Origin: Deltaproteobacteria bacterium HGW-Deltaproteobacteria-13
GTDB taxonomy: Bacteria; Desulfobacterota; Syntrophia; Syntrophales; Smithellaceae
Direction of reading: 5' to 3'
Length of the DNA: 64,000 bases
Assembly (NCBI GenBank): GCA_002840555.1
Contig: PHBJ01000004.1
Location: 21,150 to 85,149, forward strand
Position numbers and translations under genes: made by a program
Shown: one piece after another, positions 34,300-44,161 of the stretch
Position numbering within the stretch: the first letter of the stretch is position 1
How the letters are laid out: each line of letters opens with the position of its first letter
Notes under the pieces: generated by a model
What the model saw: the letters and a program-made list of their open reading frames with translations, nothing else
The model's database searches: none
Told to the model about the DNA's origin: nothing

Positions 34300-35934
34300 T
34301 TAATGACTCTCTGTTTGCGCCTCGACCAGGCTGCCGCCGCAGTACTTTTCGCGAAGCCGCGGCTTTTCAATTTTTCCGGTGGGATTACGCGGCACCTTTT
34401 CAAAAAAGATTCTGCGCGGACGCTTATAACGCGGCAGCGCGGCGCAGAACTCAGCCATCTCGGCTTCGGAGCTTACGAAGCCGGGCTTTAACTCCACGAT
34501 CGCCGCGACAATTTCGCCCAGGCGGTGATCGGGAAGACCGATCACCGCCACATCCTTGACCGCGTCATTCGTGCGCAGAAAATCCTCAATTTGCACGGGA
34601 TAAATGTTCTCACCGCCCGTGATAATCACGTCTTTCTTGCGATCGACAAGATAGATAAATCCGTCTTCATCCCTTTTCGCCATGTCGCCCGTATAGAGCC
34701 AGCCGTCTTTGAGAATCTCGGCAGTGGCCTGGGGATTGTTGTAGTAGCATTTCATCACACCCGCACCTTTTACACAAAGCTCGCCCACCGAGCCCTGCTG
34801 CACCGGCGTGCCGTTTTCATCCACGATCTGCACTTCCCACTTGTAGCCGGCCTTCCCGATGGCGCCGACTTTATGGATGTTTTCGATGCCGAGATGAACA
34901 CAGCCCGGCCCGATAGATTCCGACAAGCCGTAATTCGTATCGTATTCGTGTTCTGGAAAATATTTTTTCCAGCGTTTGATCAGGCTGGGCGGAACCGGCT
35001 GCGCGCCGATATGCATCAGCCGCCACTGATCGAGTTTGTAGTCCTTAAGTTTGATATCCCCGCGTTCGATGGCATCCAGAATATCCTGCGCCCACGGAAC
35101 CAGCAGCCAAACAATGGTAATTTGCTCCTCGGATACCGCTCTGAGTATCCATTCCGGCTTGACACCGCGCAGCAGAACGGCGCGGCTTCCGGCCAGAAGG
35201 CTGCCGAACCAGTGCATTTTCGCGCCCGTGTGGTAGAGCGGCGGAATACAGAGAAAATTATCCTCGCGCGTCTGTTTATGATGATTCATTTCCGATTCAC
35301 AGGATAACATCAGGCTGCGATGCGCGTGGAGAATCGCCTTGGGAAAACCGGTCGTGCCGGATGAAAAATAAATGGCGGCGTCATCATCATCGGAAAGCCT
35401 GATTTTCGGCGCTACGGAAGAACAGCACGCGGTGAGCGCATAATAACTTTCGGCAAACGCCGGGCAGTCGAGTCCCAAAAACAGCCGTATTTTTATATTC
35501 GGAATCTTCTCACGGATCGCCTCGACTCTTTCGGTAAATTCCGGTCCGAAGATTAAAACATCGCACTCGGCCAGATCGAGGCAATATTTGATTTCATCCT
35601 CTGTATAACGGTAGTTCAGCGGCACCGCGAGGGCTCCTGTTTTCAGGATGCCGAAATAGATCGGCAGCCACTCCAGACAGTTCATAAGTAAAATTGCTAC
35701 TTTTTGACCTTTCTGCAGGCCTCTTCCCAGCAAAAAGTCGGCAAAGCGATTGGCCTTGTCGTCGAACTCGCGCCAGGTCATCTCCCGCCGGTACCGGTTT
35801 TCCGGATTGGTTTCGACAAGCTCATAATCCTTCCAGCTTACTTTAATTTCCTTGATTTGAGGATTTATTTCAACAAGACTTATTTCATCGCCGTACAGGG
35901 CGGCGTTGCGGGCAAGAATTTCTGTGATGGGCAT
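34300..35934 (-). CDS. AMP-dependent acyl-CoA synthetase
   Basis: FSSGTTGFPK, NYGLSE, TGD, DRKKD...GGENIYP, TGKIEK. Confidence 0.93.
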   Translation of the reverse strand: MPITEILARNAALYGDEISLVEINPQIKEIKVSWKDYELVETNPENRYRREMTWREFDDKANRFADFLLGRGLQKGQKVAILLMNCLEWLPIYFGILKTGALAVPLNYRYTEDEIKYCLDLAECDVLIFGPEFTERVEAIREKIPNIKIRLFLGLDCPAFAESYYALTACCSSVAPKIRLSDDDDAAIYFSSGTTGFPKAILHAHRSLMLSCESEMNHHKQTREDNFLCIPPLYHTGAKMHWFGSLLAGSRAVLLRGVKPEWILRAVSEEQITIVWLLVPWAQDILDAIERGDIKLKDYKLDQWRLMHIGAQPVPPSLIKRWKKYFPEHEYDTNYGLSESIGPGCVHLGIENIHKVGAIGKAGYKWEVQIVDENGTPVQQGSVGELCVKGAGVMKCYYNNPQATAEILKDGWLYTGDMAKRDEDGFIYLVDRKKDVIITGGENIYPVQIEDFLRTNDAVKDVAVIGLPDHRLGEIVAAIVELKPGFVSSEAEMAEFCAALPRYKRPRRIFFEKVPRNPTGKIEKPRLREKYCGGSLVEAQTESH

Positions 35935-36092
35935 TTTTCATTCCTTCTGATTTTACAAATTTGCGCCGGCATGATGCGGGCATTTCCATATAAGCAACAA
36001 GTTCCGAACCTGCTTTTTACAGGAAACAAGATACGAATTTAGGGCGGGTATGTCAAGAATGTTTTAGCCGGGAAATATGAGGAAGAACACGG

Positions 36093-36686
36093 TTATGCCG
36101 GAGCATAATAAAAAGACGGACAAATCACTTTTCCCGCGATGTTAAAAATTATTCCTTCTTTTTCCAGCAACGTCCGCTTCATCTCCGTTCCGCCTCCAAA
36201 GCCGCCCAAATGACATCCCGAACGAATTGTCCGGTGACAGGGCACAAGTATTGGAAACGGATTGCGTGCCATAACGTTGCCAACAGCCCTGCCCCCGCCA
36301 GGCGACCCGACATGCGCCGCGATCAACCCGTAAGTGCTAACAGAGCCGCGCGGGATCGCATACTGCGCGCGTAAAACAGACTGTTGAAATTTTGAATAAG
36401 GAGATAGATCAACGAGCTTCAAGGAAAATTTAACAGGCTCGCCTTCCAGAGAAGCTTTGATGGATTCAGCTATCGAGTCGATTTCCACGCACGAAGATTT
36501 TCGGGAATCCGGGAAAAGCGCGGATGCCCGGTCTTGAGCCGGCACTCCCGGCCGTGAAAGCAGAATATTAACAATCCCGGGCTTATCATTTGATAAACGC
36601 CAGACGACACAGACACTGCCAAAGGGCGTCGGGCTGATAATCTTTTTATTCATTTGCTTAATTTCAGTTTTCATCGTCCTGGTCAT
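36093..36686 (-). CDS. ogt: Methylated-DNA--protein-cysteine methyltransferase
   Basis: IPRG...TYG, RAVG, NP.PILVPCHR, LGGFGGG. Confidence 0.9.
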   Translation of the reverse strand: MTRTMKTEIKQMNKKIISPTPFGSVCVVWRLSNDKPGIVNILLSRPGVPAQDRASALFPDSRKSSCVEIDSIAESIKASLEGEPVKFSLKLVDLSPYSKFQQSVLRAQYAIPRGSVSTYGLIAAHVGSPGGGRAVGNVMARNPFPILVPCHRTIRSGCHLGGFGGGTEMKRTLLEKEGIIFNIAGKVICPSFYYAPA

Positions 36687-37459
36687 GTCGTATCATTCTG
36701 ACATTTCGGGGAATTACTGCCGGCAACGATTTCTTCTCTCAACCGCTTTTTCGGAAGCAGATAGAAAATACCAATAAGTAGAATTATTGTCAACTGCTGA
36801 TAAGCGTCTTTCAATAAAGCCCAGGTGATCATCATTAAAAAAGGCAAGGCAATGGTCATGATATGGATGCGAAGTATTTCGCGGGATTTAAAGGGGAACA
36901 CGATCCTCTGCCACGGATTTTTCTGCACAAAATCATCCGCTTTAGCAATAAGCGTCACCAGTATCATGGGCCAGAGACTCCGGGCAAGATAGGTTACGGG
37001 CGTGAAGAAATCGGAATTGATAAAACCGTTCCTGCCGAAAAGCGTGAGGGGCTGCATTTCGGCAAAGACCGACAGAAAGAGTCCGTAGAACGAAAAGATC
37101 CAGCAGTAAATATAAAGCGCAACAAATCCCGCAAGCAGAGCTGCCGGAATAATGGCCAAAGCAAAAACTTCAGGAGAAATATTTTTGATGAAAGGCACTT
37201 CAACGTCATAATCATCTTTGTGTGTTCCGGAAGTCAGCATGATTTGAATAGCCGCCGCAATGACACACGTCCATGAATAGAAGAGTCCGGACAGCCAGAC
37301 ACTCCAGCAGAATTCCTGAACAGACCATTGCTGGACAACAGCCAACCAGGACGTCAGGACAAAGCCGGTAAAGGCGGCGGCAAAAGATAATGATTTCATA
37401 TTTGCCGGCTGCCTCACGGACGTTCGGATAAAACCGGATGGTTTCCCTTCAGTTTGCAT
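36683..37459 (-). CDS. Hypothetical integral membrane protein
   Basis: Multiple hydrophobic segments; stop overlaps the ogt start (ATGA). Confidence 0.7.
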   Translation of the reverse strand: MQTEGKPSGFIRTSVRQPANMKSLSFAAAFTGFVLTSWLAVVQQWSVQEFCWSVWLSGLFYSWTCVIAAAIQIMLTSGTHKDDYDVEVPFIKNISPEVFALAIIPAALLAGFVALYIYCWIFSFYGLFLSVFAEMQPLTLFGRNGFINSDFFTPVTYLARSLWPMILVTLIAKADDFVQKNPWQRIVFPFKSREILRIHIMTIALPFLMMITWALLKDAYQQLTIILLIGIFYLLPKKRLREEIVAGSNSPKCQNDTT

Positions 37460-37745
37460 TTTTCACCTGATACTCCTGGATATTTCCCGAATTGCGCAAG
37501 ATCCATGCGTTTATTTAATGAACATGCCCCGGATCAGTTGGAAATCAATATGCGGGAATATACTATGGGGAGATGAAGGATGACAAGAAGAAAACATCAC
37601 GAAGATTTTTTAAAAGAAGCTGTCCATCCGGTAATTGAAACTCTCCGATGCATACTACTGAAAGCTTTATTTTTTTTGCTTGCCTGGCGTCAAGGCCTGA
37701 TATAATAAATTATTATAAAAGAAAAAATCCTGATATGGTAATTCG

Positions 37746-39299
37746 ATGAAGATTCTCCTCGTCTATCCTGAATATCCCGAAACATTCTGGAGCTTACGGC
37801 ATGCCCTCAGGATGATGAATAAGAAGGCTTTGGTCCCGCCCCTGGGAATCATCACCGTCGCCGCTATGCTCCCTCAAGAATGGGAAAAGAAGCTTGTGGA
37901 TATGAATATTGAGGCGCTCACGGACAAGGACATCCAATGGGCGGATTATGTCTTTATCAGCGCCATGCTGGTACAACGCGACTCGGCGAAAGAGGTTATC
38001 ACCCGCAGCAGGCGTTTTGACAAAAAGATCGTTGCCGGCGGCCCCCTCTTCCAAATGGAACATGAGGCCTTTCCCGATATTGACCATTTTGTGCTGGGCG
38101 AAGGGGAAATAACCCTGCCAATTTTCCTGAAAGATCTGGCCGGGGAACGTCCGCGGCATTTTTATAATTCGGAAGAGCGTCCGGATATTACCCAAACGCC
38201 TGTTCCCCTCTGGCCGCTCGTCGACAAGAAAAAATACTCTTTAATGGCCATGCAGTATTCCAGAGGATGTCCGTTTGATTGTGATTTTTGCGACATCATT
38301 ATCTTTAACGGGCGCAAACCGCGCACCAAGACGAAAGAGCAGGTCATTGCCGAGTTGAATGCCATTTATGATTCCGGCTGGCGCGAAGGGGTTTTCATCG
38401 TTGATGATAATTTTATCGGCGACAAGCGCAAGCTCAAGGAAGAAATCCTGCCGGCCATTATAGAGTGGAACCGGGCGCATGATTACATCTTTCCTCTTTT
38501 CACCGAAGCGTGCATCAATCTGGCGGATGATGAAGAGCTGATGGACCTTATGGCGCAGGCCGGTTTCACCGCCGTTTTCATCGGTGTGGAGACGACCAGC
38601 GAAAAAGCCCTTGCCGAATGCAACAAGGATCAGAACAGGAACCGCGACATGATCGAGTGCGTCAAAACCATACAACGTCACGGCATGGAGGTCTGGGGCG
38701 GTTTTATCGTCGGGTTTGACTCCGATCCGCTCACCATCTTTCAGGACCAGATAAACTTCATCCGGGACAGCGGCATCGTTATCGCGATGGTCGGGCTTTT
38801 AAACGCCGGGCGCGGCACACCCTTTTATGAACGTCTCGAAAAGGAAAACCGTCTCATTGAGATGAGCAATTTTTACGGCGACAACACGGGCTGCTCCATC
38901 AATTTTATTCCCCGGATGAAAATGGAAGTTCTTTTCGAAGGGTACTTCAACATCCTGAAGAACATCTATTCTCCCCGGGAGTATTACGAGCGTATCAGCA
39001 CTTTCATCAGGGAATACCGTCCTCCGAAACTGAAAATCAAGAGGCGTCTGTATTTCTACCATTTGCGCGGTTTATTCGGCTCGATATGGCACATGGGCAT
39101 CCTGGAGAGTGGACGCCGCTACTACTGGAAATTTTTCTTCCGTACATTGTTCCGGCATCCACGCAATTTCCCCTATGCCGTCATTTATCTCACCAACTGC
39201 GGCTACCACTTTCGCAAGGTATTTGAAACTTATGTTCGCATGCCTGTACGGGAAATCGTTAAAGCCCATAAAGAACAACCCCATCAACGCGACACATAA
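37746..39299 (+). CDS. B12-binding radical SAM protein (DUF4070-type C-terminus)
   Basis: PPLG, SRGCPFDCDFCDI, DDNFIG, FIVGFDSD. Confidence 0.9.
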   Translation: MKILLVYPEYPETFWSLRHALRMMNKKALVPPLGIITVAAMLPQEWEKKLVDMNIEALTDKDIQWADYVFISAMLVQRDSAKEVITRSRRFDKKIVAGGPLFQMEHEAFPDIDHFVLGEGEITLPIFLKDLAGERPRHFYNSEERPDITQTPVPLWPLVDKKKYSLMAMQYSRGCPFDCDFCDIIIFNGRKPRTKTKEQVIAELNAIYDSGWREGVFIVDDNFIGDKRKLKEEILPAIIEWNRAHDYIFPLFTEACINLADDEELMDLMAQAGFTAVFIGVETTSEKALAECNKDQNRNRDMIECVKTIQRHGMEVWGGFIVGFDSDPLTIFQDQINFIRDSGIVIAMVGLLNAGRGTPFYERLEKENRLIEMSNFYGDNTGCSINFIPRMKMEVLFEGYFNILKNIYSPREYYERISTFIREYRPPKLKIKRRLYFYHLRGLFGSIWHMGILESGRRYYWKFFFRTLFRHPRNFPYAVIYLTNCGYHFRKVFETYVRMPVREIVKAHKEQPHQRDT

Positions 39300-39570
39300 A
39301 TACGTTTAAGAAATTCAGATGGCTTGTTTTATATCTGTCATCATCAATAATTCAGATTAAAGACAGGATTGTTCGCGGCAACAACTGTTCAACCTCACAG
39401 GCCTATTACATTTTTAAGCAGGAAGCCTTTGAAATCATTCACTTCGTTACCGCAATCCCTCTTGATAAAATCATGATTGATTTTTGGCGTCACATTTATG
39501 ATTGAAATATCCGGTTGATTTAATTAAAATGAAGTATAGTATTGTATAAATCCTGCGATGGGAGACCAAA

Positions 39571-41706
39571 GTGGACAATAACAACGGATACGATATTAAA
39601 TACCTGTTTGAACCTGAAAGCATTGCCGTCATCGGCGCTTCTCCCGACAAAAAGAAAATCGGTTATGCCGTATTCAACAATATAATTTCCGGTGGATATA
39701 AGGGAAAAGTATTTCCCATCAGCCCCAGGGGCGGCGAAATTGACGGGCATAAAGTATTTGCTGATGTTCTGGAAGTCCCGGACGATATTGACTGCGCGGC
39801 TATTGTGATTCCGGCGCATCTGGTCAAGGATGCGGTAAAGAGCTGCGCTCAAAAGAAAGTCAAATTTATCCAGATCATCACTTCCGGCTTTTCGGAGATT
39901 GGAAATGTCCAGGAAGAAAACGAGATTACGGAGATTGCCAGGGCAGCGGGAACACGCATCGTGGGTCCGAACATGTTCGGCCTTTACTCGTCGGCGGCAA
40001 TGCTCAACTCGACTTTCTCCGCGGCCAGAATAAAACCGGGCCACGTTGCCATCCTCACGCAGAGCGGCGCGCTGGGAATCGCGATGATCGCAAAAAGCTC
40101 TGTCGCCAATATGGGACTTTCCTCCATCATCTCGATCGGGAATAAATGCGATGTTGATGAAGCCGACCTCCTTGACTATCTCATTCATCATGACAACACA
40201 AAAGTCATCTTTATGTATATCGAAGGCGTAAAAAAGGGAGAACGGCTGATGGAGACTCTGAAGGCCGCCACGGAGAAAAAACCCGTCATCGTCATCAAGT
40301 CGGGGAAATCGAAAAGAGGGGCGCAGGCGGCCGCTTCACACACGGGATCGCTCGCCGGATCGGATGAAATATTCGACGCTATTGTGAAACAATGCGGCGT
40401 GCTCCGTGCCGATTGCCTTGAAGACGCATTCAACTGGTGCCAATTCATGATTTCCAGCACCGCACCCAAAAGTTTCAACAGCGTCATCGTGACGAACGGC
40501 GGCGGCGTCGGCGTTATGGCGACCGACGCGTGCGAAAAGTACGGGGTCTCATTATACGATAATCAGTCCGCATTAAAAAGCTTATACGACCCGGTGACGC
40601 CTTCGTTCGGATCCACAAAAAATCCTATCGATCTCACGGGAACGGCCGACGCGGCGGATTACACGCGCGCCCTCTCCATCGCGGCCGAGTCCGGAGAAAT
40701 GGGCTCCACCATCGGGCTTTACTGCGAAACGGCGATTATGGATTCCAGCAATCTCTCTCAAATGATCACCGATACGTACAACATACATCAGAAAAGCGGC
40801 AAAGCCATCAGCTATGCTCTGATCGGCGGCGCGCAGGTTGAAAGCACGATAGAGTCCCTGAGAACCGCCAGCATCCCTGTTTTTAACGACGTGGAGCAGG
40901 CCGTATCGTGCATCGGAGCATTCTATCGATATTACAAATACGCCAATGAAATATCTTACAAGTTTGATGATTACGAAATAGACACAGGGGCGATCAATAA
41001 AATTATAGACGGCGCACTGAAGGATGGGAGAACCTTCCTTCTGGCAAACGAGGGAGCGGCCGTCATGAAGGTTGCAAACATCTCGATGCCGCAAAGCAGA
41101 ATCGCGCACAACATCAATGAGGCGATAAAGTTTGCCGAAGATATCGGATACCCGGTCGTCATGAAGGTCGTGTCGAAAGACATTTTGCACAAAAGCGATG
41201 CCGGAGGTGTTTTGCTGGACATTGATAACAAAAAGGAAGTTGTCGATGGTTATGAAGTCATCATGCATAAATGCCGGGAGTATAAACCCAACGCGGTGAT
41301 TGAGGGGATTGAAATCGCGGAAATGGTCAAGAAGGGTGTTGAACTCATTGTCGGAGCGAGACGAGACCCGTCATTCGGCCCGGTCGTCATGTGCGGACTC
41401 GGAGGCATTTACGTGGAAGTGATGAAGGATATATCTTTTAGGGCGATTCCCATAAACCGCGGCACCGCGCTTTCCATGCTGGAAGAAATCAGATCTTATC
41501 CGTTGCTTCTCGGCGCGAGAGGCGAGGAACAGAAAGACATTGAGTCTGTTATAGACATCATCATCAAGATAAGTTCCATTATTAAGAAATGCGAAAGGAT
41601 TACCGATATCGAGATAAATCCTGTCGTTGTGTATGATATTAAAAAAGGTCTCAAGGCTGTAGACGCGCGGATTTTGATAAGCAAACCGAAGGAGAATAGA
41701 CAATGA
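39571..41706 (+). CDS. Acetate/acyl-CoA ligase (ADP-forming), fused alpha-beta
   Basis: P.SIAVIGAS, GPN, QSGA, ASHTGSLAG phospho-His, NPIDL, ATP-grasp HKSD.GGV; GTG start. Confidence 0.92.
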   Translation: MDNNNGYDIKYLFEPESIAVIGASPDKKKIGYAVFNNIISGGYKGKVFPISPRGGEIDGHKVFADVLEVPDDIDCAAIVIPAHLVKDAVKSCAQKKVKFIQIITSGFSEIGNVQEENEITEIARAAGTRIVGPNMFGLYSSAAMLNSTFSAARIKPGHVAILTQSGALGIAMIAKSSVANMGLSSIISIGNKCDVDEADLLDYLIHHDNTKVIFMYIEGVKKGERLMETLKAATEKKPVIVIKSGKSKRGAQAAASHTGSLAGSDEIFDAIVKQCGVLRADCLEDAFNWCQFMISSTAPKSFNSVIVTNGGGVGVMATDACEKYGVSLYDNQSALKSLYDPVTPSFGSTKNPIDLTGTADAADYTRALSIAAESGEMGSTIGLYCETAIMDSSNLSQMITDTYNIHQKSGKAISYALIGGAQVESTIESLRTASIPVFNDVEQAVSCIGAFYRYYKYANEISYKFDDYEIDTGAINKIIDGALKDGRTFLLANEGAAVMKVANISMPQSRIAHNINEAIKFAEDIGYPVVMKVVSKDILHKSDAGGVLLDIDNKKEVVDGYEVIMHKCREYKPNAVIEGIEIAEMVKKGVELIVGARRDPSFGPVVMCGLGGIYVEVMKDISFRAIPINRGTALSMLEEIRSYPLLLGARGEEQKDIESVIDIIIKISSIIKKCERITDIEINPVVVYDIKKGLKAVDARILISKPKENRQ

Positions 41707-42770
41707 AAAAAATAGTAATTTCTTCAATCAGAAGCAATGCGGGGAAAACAAGTATCATCGCGGGAATCATTTCTTCGCTGAAAGATAAAAAATTCGCTTA
41801 CGCCAAGCCGCTGGGCGACAGATTGATCTATCGCCGGAAAAGAAGCTGGGATTATGACGCAAGCCTGATGGTCAATCTTTTGGAGCGCGAAGGCGAACTG
41901 GAAGGCCACTATGAGAAGATCACGCTCGGCTTTGACCATTCCAAGCTGAGATACATGTACGATCAGGAAGGCATCAAGACGGCGCTTTCCGATATCGTAA
42001 CGCATATCGGGGGCAAAAACGATGTGCTCCTTATTGAAAGCGGGAAAGACTTTTCGTGCGGAGCGTATCTCAATCTTGATCCGGTATCCATTGCCAAAGA
42101 TATTGACGGCCAGCTTGTGATTGTCGTGAGCGGCGACAACGATTCCATCATTGATGATATAAAATTCATCGAAAAATATATGAAGATCATAGATGCCAAT
42201 TTCGGCGGTGTCATCATCAACAAGGTCACCGATGTTGAAGCTTTTGAGAATTACTTCGCGCCGAGCATCAAGGAGATGGGCATTAAGATCATCGGCATTC
42301 TCCCTTATGAGGCGCAATTAACCTACTTTACGCTTGATTTTCTCGCGGATAAACTCTTCGCCAGAGTGCTTTCCGGCGAAGAACACCTGAAAAAAGTCGT
42401 CAAGAACATCATCATCGGGGCGCCGTCTGCCACCTGCCCGGACAATGATCCGCTTTTTAGCAAGCAGTGCGTAAGCAAGGAAAATCAGTTGATGATAACC
42501 GGCGGCGAAAGAAGCGACTTGATCCTTGCCGCTCTGGAACGCGACACCATAGGCATTATCGTCACGAGTGATATCGTGCCTCATCAAAATATCATTTCCA
42601 GAGCGAAAGAGAAAGGCATCCCTATCCTTCTTGTCAACATGGACACGTTCATAACCGCTAAGACGATTGACGACATGGAAGCACTGCTCAGGAAAGACGA
42701 TACGGAGAAAATCCGGCTTTTATCCGAGTTGATTGAAAAACACACCCTCGTGAAAGACTTTTTGAAATAG
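41703..42770 (+). CDS. Pta N-terminal-like protein (BioD-like P-loop + DRTGG domain)
   Basis: AGKTS, KPLG, GVIINKV, ITGGERSD. Confidence 0.85.
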   Translation: MKKIVISSIRSNAGKTSIIAGIISSLKDKKFAYAKPLGDRLIYRRKRSWDYDASLMVNLLEREGELEGHYEKITLGFDHSKLRYMYDQEGIKTALSDIVTHIGGKNDVLLIESGKDFSCGAYLNLDPVSIAKDIDGQLVIVVSGDNDSIIDDIKFIEKYMKIIDANFGGVIINKVTDVEAFENYFAPSIKEMGIKIIGILPYEAQLTYFTLDFLADKLFARVLSGEEHLKKVVKNIIIGAPSATCPDNDPLFSKQCVSKENQLMITGGERSDLILAALERDTIGIIVTSDIVPHQNIISRAKEKGIPILLVNMDTFITAKTIDDMEALLRKDDTEKIRLLSELIEKHTLVKDFLK

Positions 42771-42782
42771 ACGGGGCGCGAC

Positions 42783-43070
42783 TGTCATTCCCGCAGGGCC
42801 CCCCGGCGCATGCCGGGTGGCAATTTTCTTGTCATTCCCGCGCAGGCGGGAATCCAGTCTTATGGTTTCAATCCACGCGGGGCGCACTCTTCACTCTTCA
42901 CCATTCACTTTCTTTTATTTCAACCCGCGCGCCCATGCGGGGCGCGAGGGACTGGCTTCCCCGCTCAAGCCGGGGAATGGCGATAGTAAAATCCCCCTTT
43001 GTGAATTTTCAGCAAAGGGGGATCTAAAGTAGTTTCACCCTCCCTCAATCCCTCCCCTCAAGGGAGGGAG
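42783..43070. repeat. Cluster of REP-like palindromes and two degenerate CRISPR-type repeats
   Basis: TGTCATTCCCGCGCAGGCGGGAATCCAGTC with partner GACTGGCTTCCCCGCTCAAGCCGGGGAATGGC; CCCCCTTTG/CAAAGGGGG; CCCTCCCCTCAAGGGAGGG; I-C-like repeats at 42865 and 42917. Confidence 0.65.
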
Positions 43071-43125
43071 GTTAAGAGATGATGGCCTGTTGAATAAAAC
43101 TCTCTTCGTTATGGTGTTACTGGTT

Positions 43126-44103
43126 TTATTCTTTAACGGGTTTCCATGTTTTGTCGGGATTGTATGATTTCATCTTCTGAACCATTTTTGCCGTGTCCGG
43201 TCCGAGATTTTTCTCGTAGACCTTTCCCTGCTGATTGACGACAAAGGTCATCACGCCCGACTTGTTCCAATTTGAGGGAAACGCGACCAGGGCAAACCCG
43301 GCAACCATGTTGCCGTTGATAATGTAATTATAAGCACCGCCGGGTACATTCTTTCCCTGCCCCGTCAGTATCTTGAAATAATAACCATGAAAAGGCGATG
43401 GTTCGGCTTCCTTGAATAAAGCTCTGCTTTTCTTGTAACCCGCATGCCACGCCTGAGCCACAAGTTCACCCAGGGGGCTCATTTGCTCGCCTTGAGCGGC
43501 TCTCCAGAAAAGACCGTTTCTTTTGCCTTTGTCGCTGCGAAGTTTCTGCGCATACGCCAATACACCGTCGCCATCCCAGTCTTTAAGCACGTATTCGCGT
43601 TGCGCCTTCACGTAGGCGTGACAAACCAGTATGGCGGTAAGTTCATCTTCCCCGATACGGCGATTCATAATTTCTTCTTTACCCGCCCGGGTATCAAAGA
43701 GCCATTGATCATTATATTTTACGATGGGAACGGGAAAAGGCCAGTTCTCATTGCCGATGTGCAGGATCACTCTTGAATCATTTTCTTTCACGAGGCTGCT
43801 TTTTTCCGCAAGGTTATTGGCAAATTCAACAAATTCGATAGCATCCTGCACCTCATCGCCGGAGCGAAGGTCTTTCCCCGATGGGCCGAATATTTGATCG
43901 AGCGCAGCCGTGTCCTTTGCCTTGACGGCTTCGTTCAGGGCTTTTACGGCATCTTCAGGAGATGAGAATAATTTTTGCGATGACTCCGCCATTGCAGGCC
44001 CGCTCCAGGCAAAGACGAATATCGCTATGATAAAAAGCGCAGGGATAAAAACCATCCCACGCCATGAACGAAATACGGACTTTTGCTGAATTGTCTTCAT
44101 CAT
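43126..44103 (-). CDS. DUF2950 family protein
   Basis: F.SPEDAV.AL, IG...WPFPVPIV, RRIG.DE, YAQK..S..G..NGLFW, P.HGYYFKIL, SGVMTF.VN..G.VYEK.LG. Confidence 0.9.
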   Translation of the reverse strand: MMKTIQQKSVFRSWRGMVFIPALFIIAIFVFAWSGPAMAESSQKLFSSPEDAVKALNEAVKAKDTAALDQIFGPSGKDLRSGDEVQDAIEFVEFANNLAEKSSLVKENDSRVILHIGNENWPFPVPIVKYNDQWLFDTRAGKEEIMNRRIGEDELTAILVCHAYVKAQREYVLKDWDGDGVLAYAQKLRSDKGKRNGLFWRAAQGEQMSPLGELVAQAWHAGYKKSRALFKEAEPSPFHGYYFKILTGQGKNVPGGAYNYIINGNMVAGFALVAFPSNWNKSGVMTFVVNQQGKVYEKNLGPDTAKMVQKMKSYNPDKTWKPVKE

Positions 44104-44161
44104 ATTTTCCTTCCTTTCATTACTCATTTATTCCGTGTTTTTAGAAAATATACTGTCTGCG

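Noticed and set aside
42865-42948. Functional CRISPR array
   Set aside because: Only two degenerate repeats, a low-complexity spacer, no leader and no cas genes; kept only as a relic finding.
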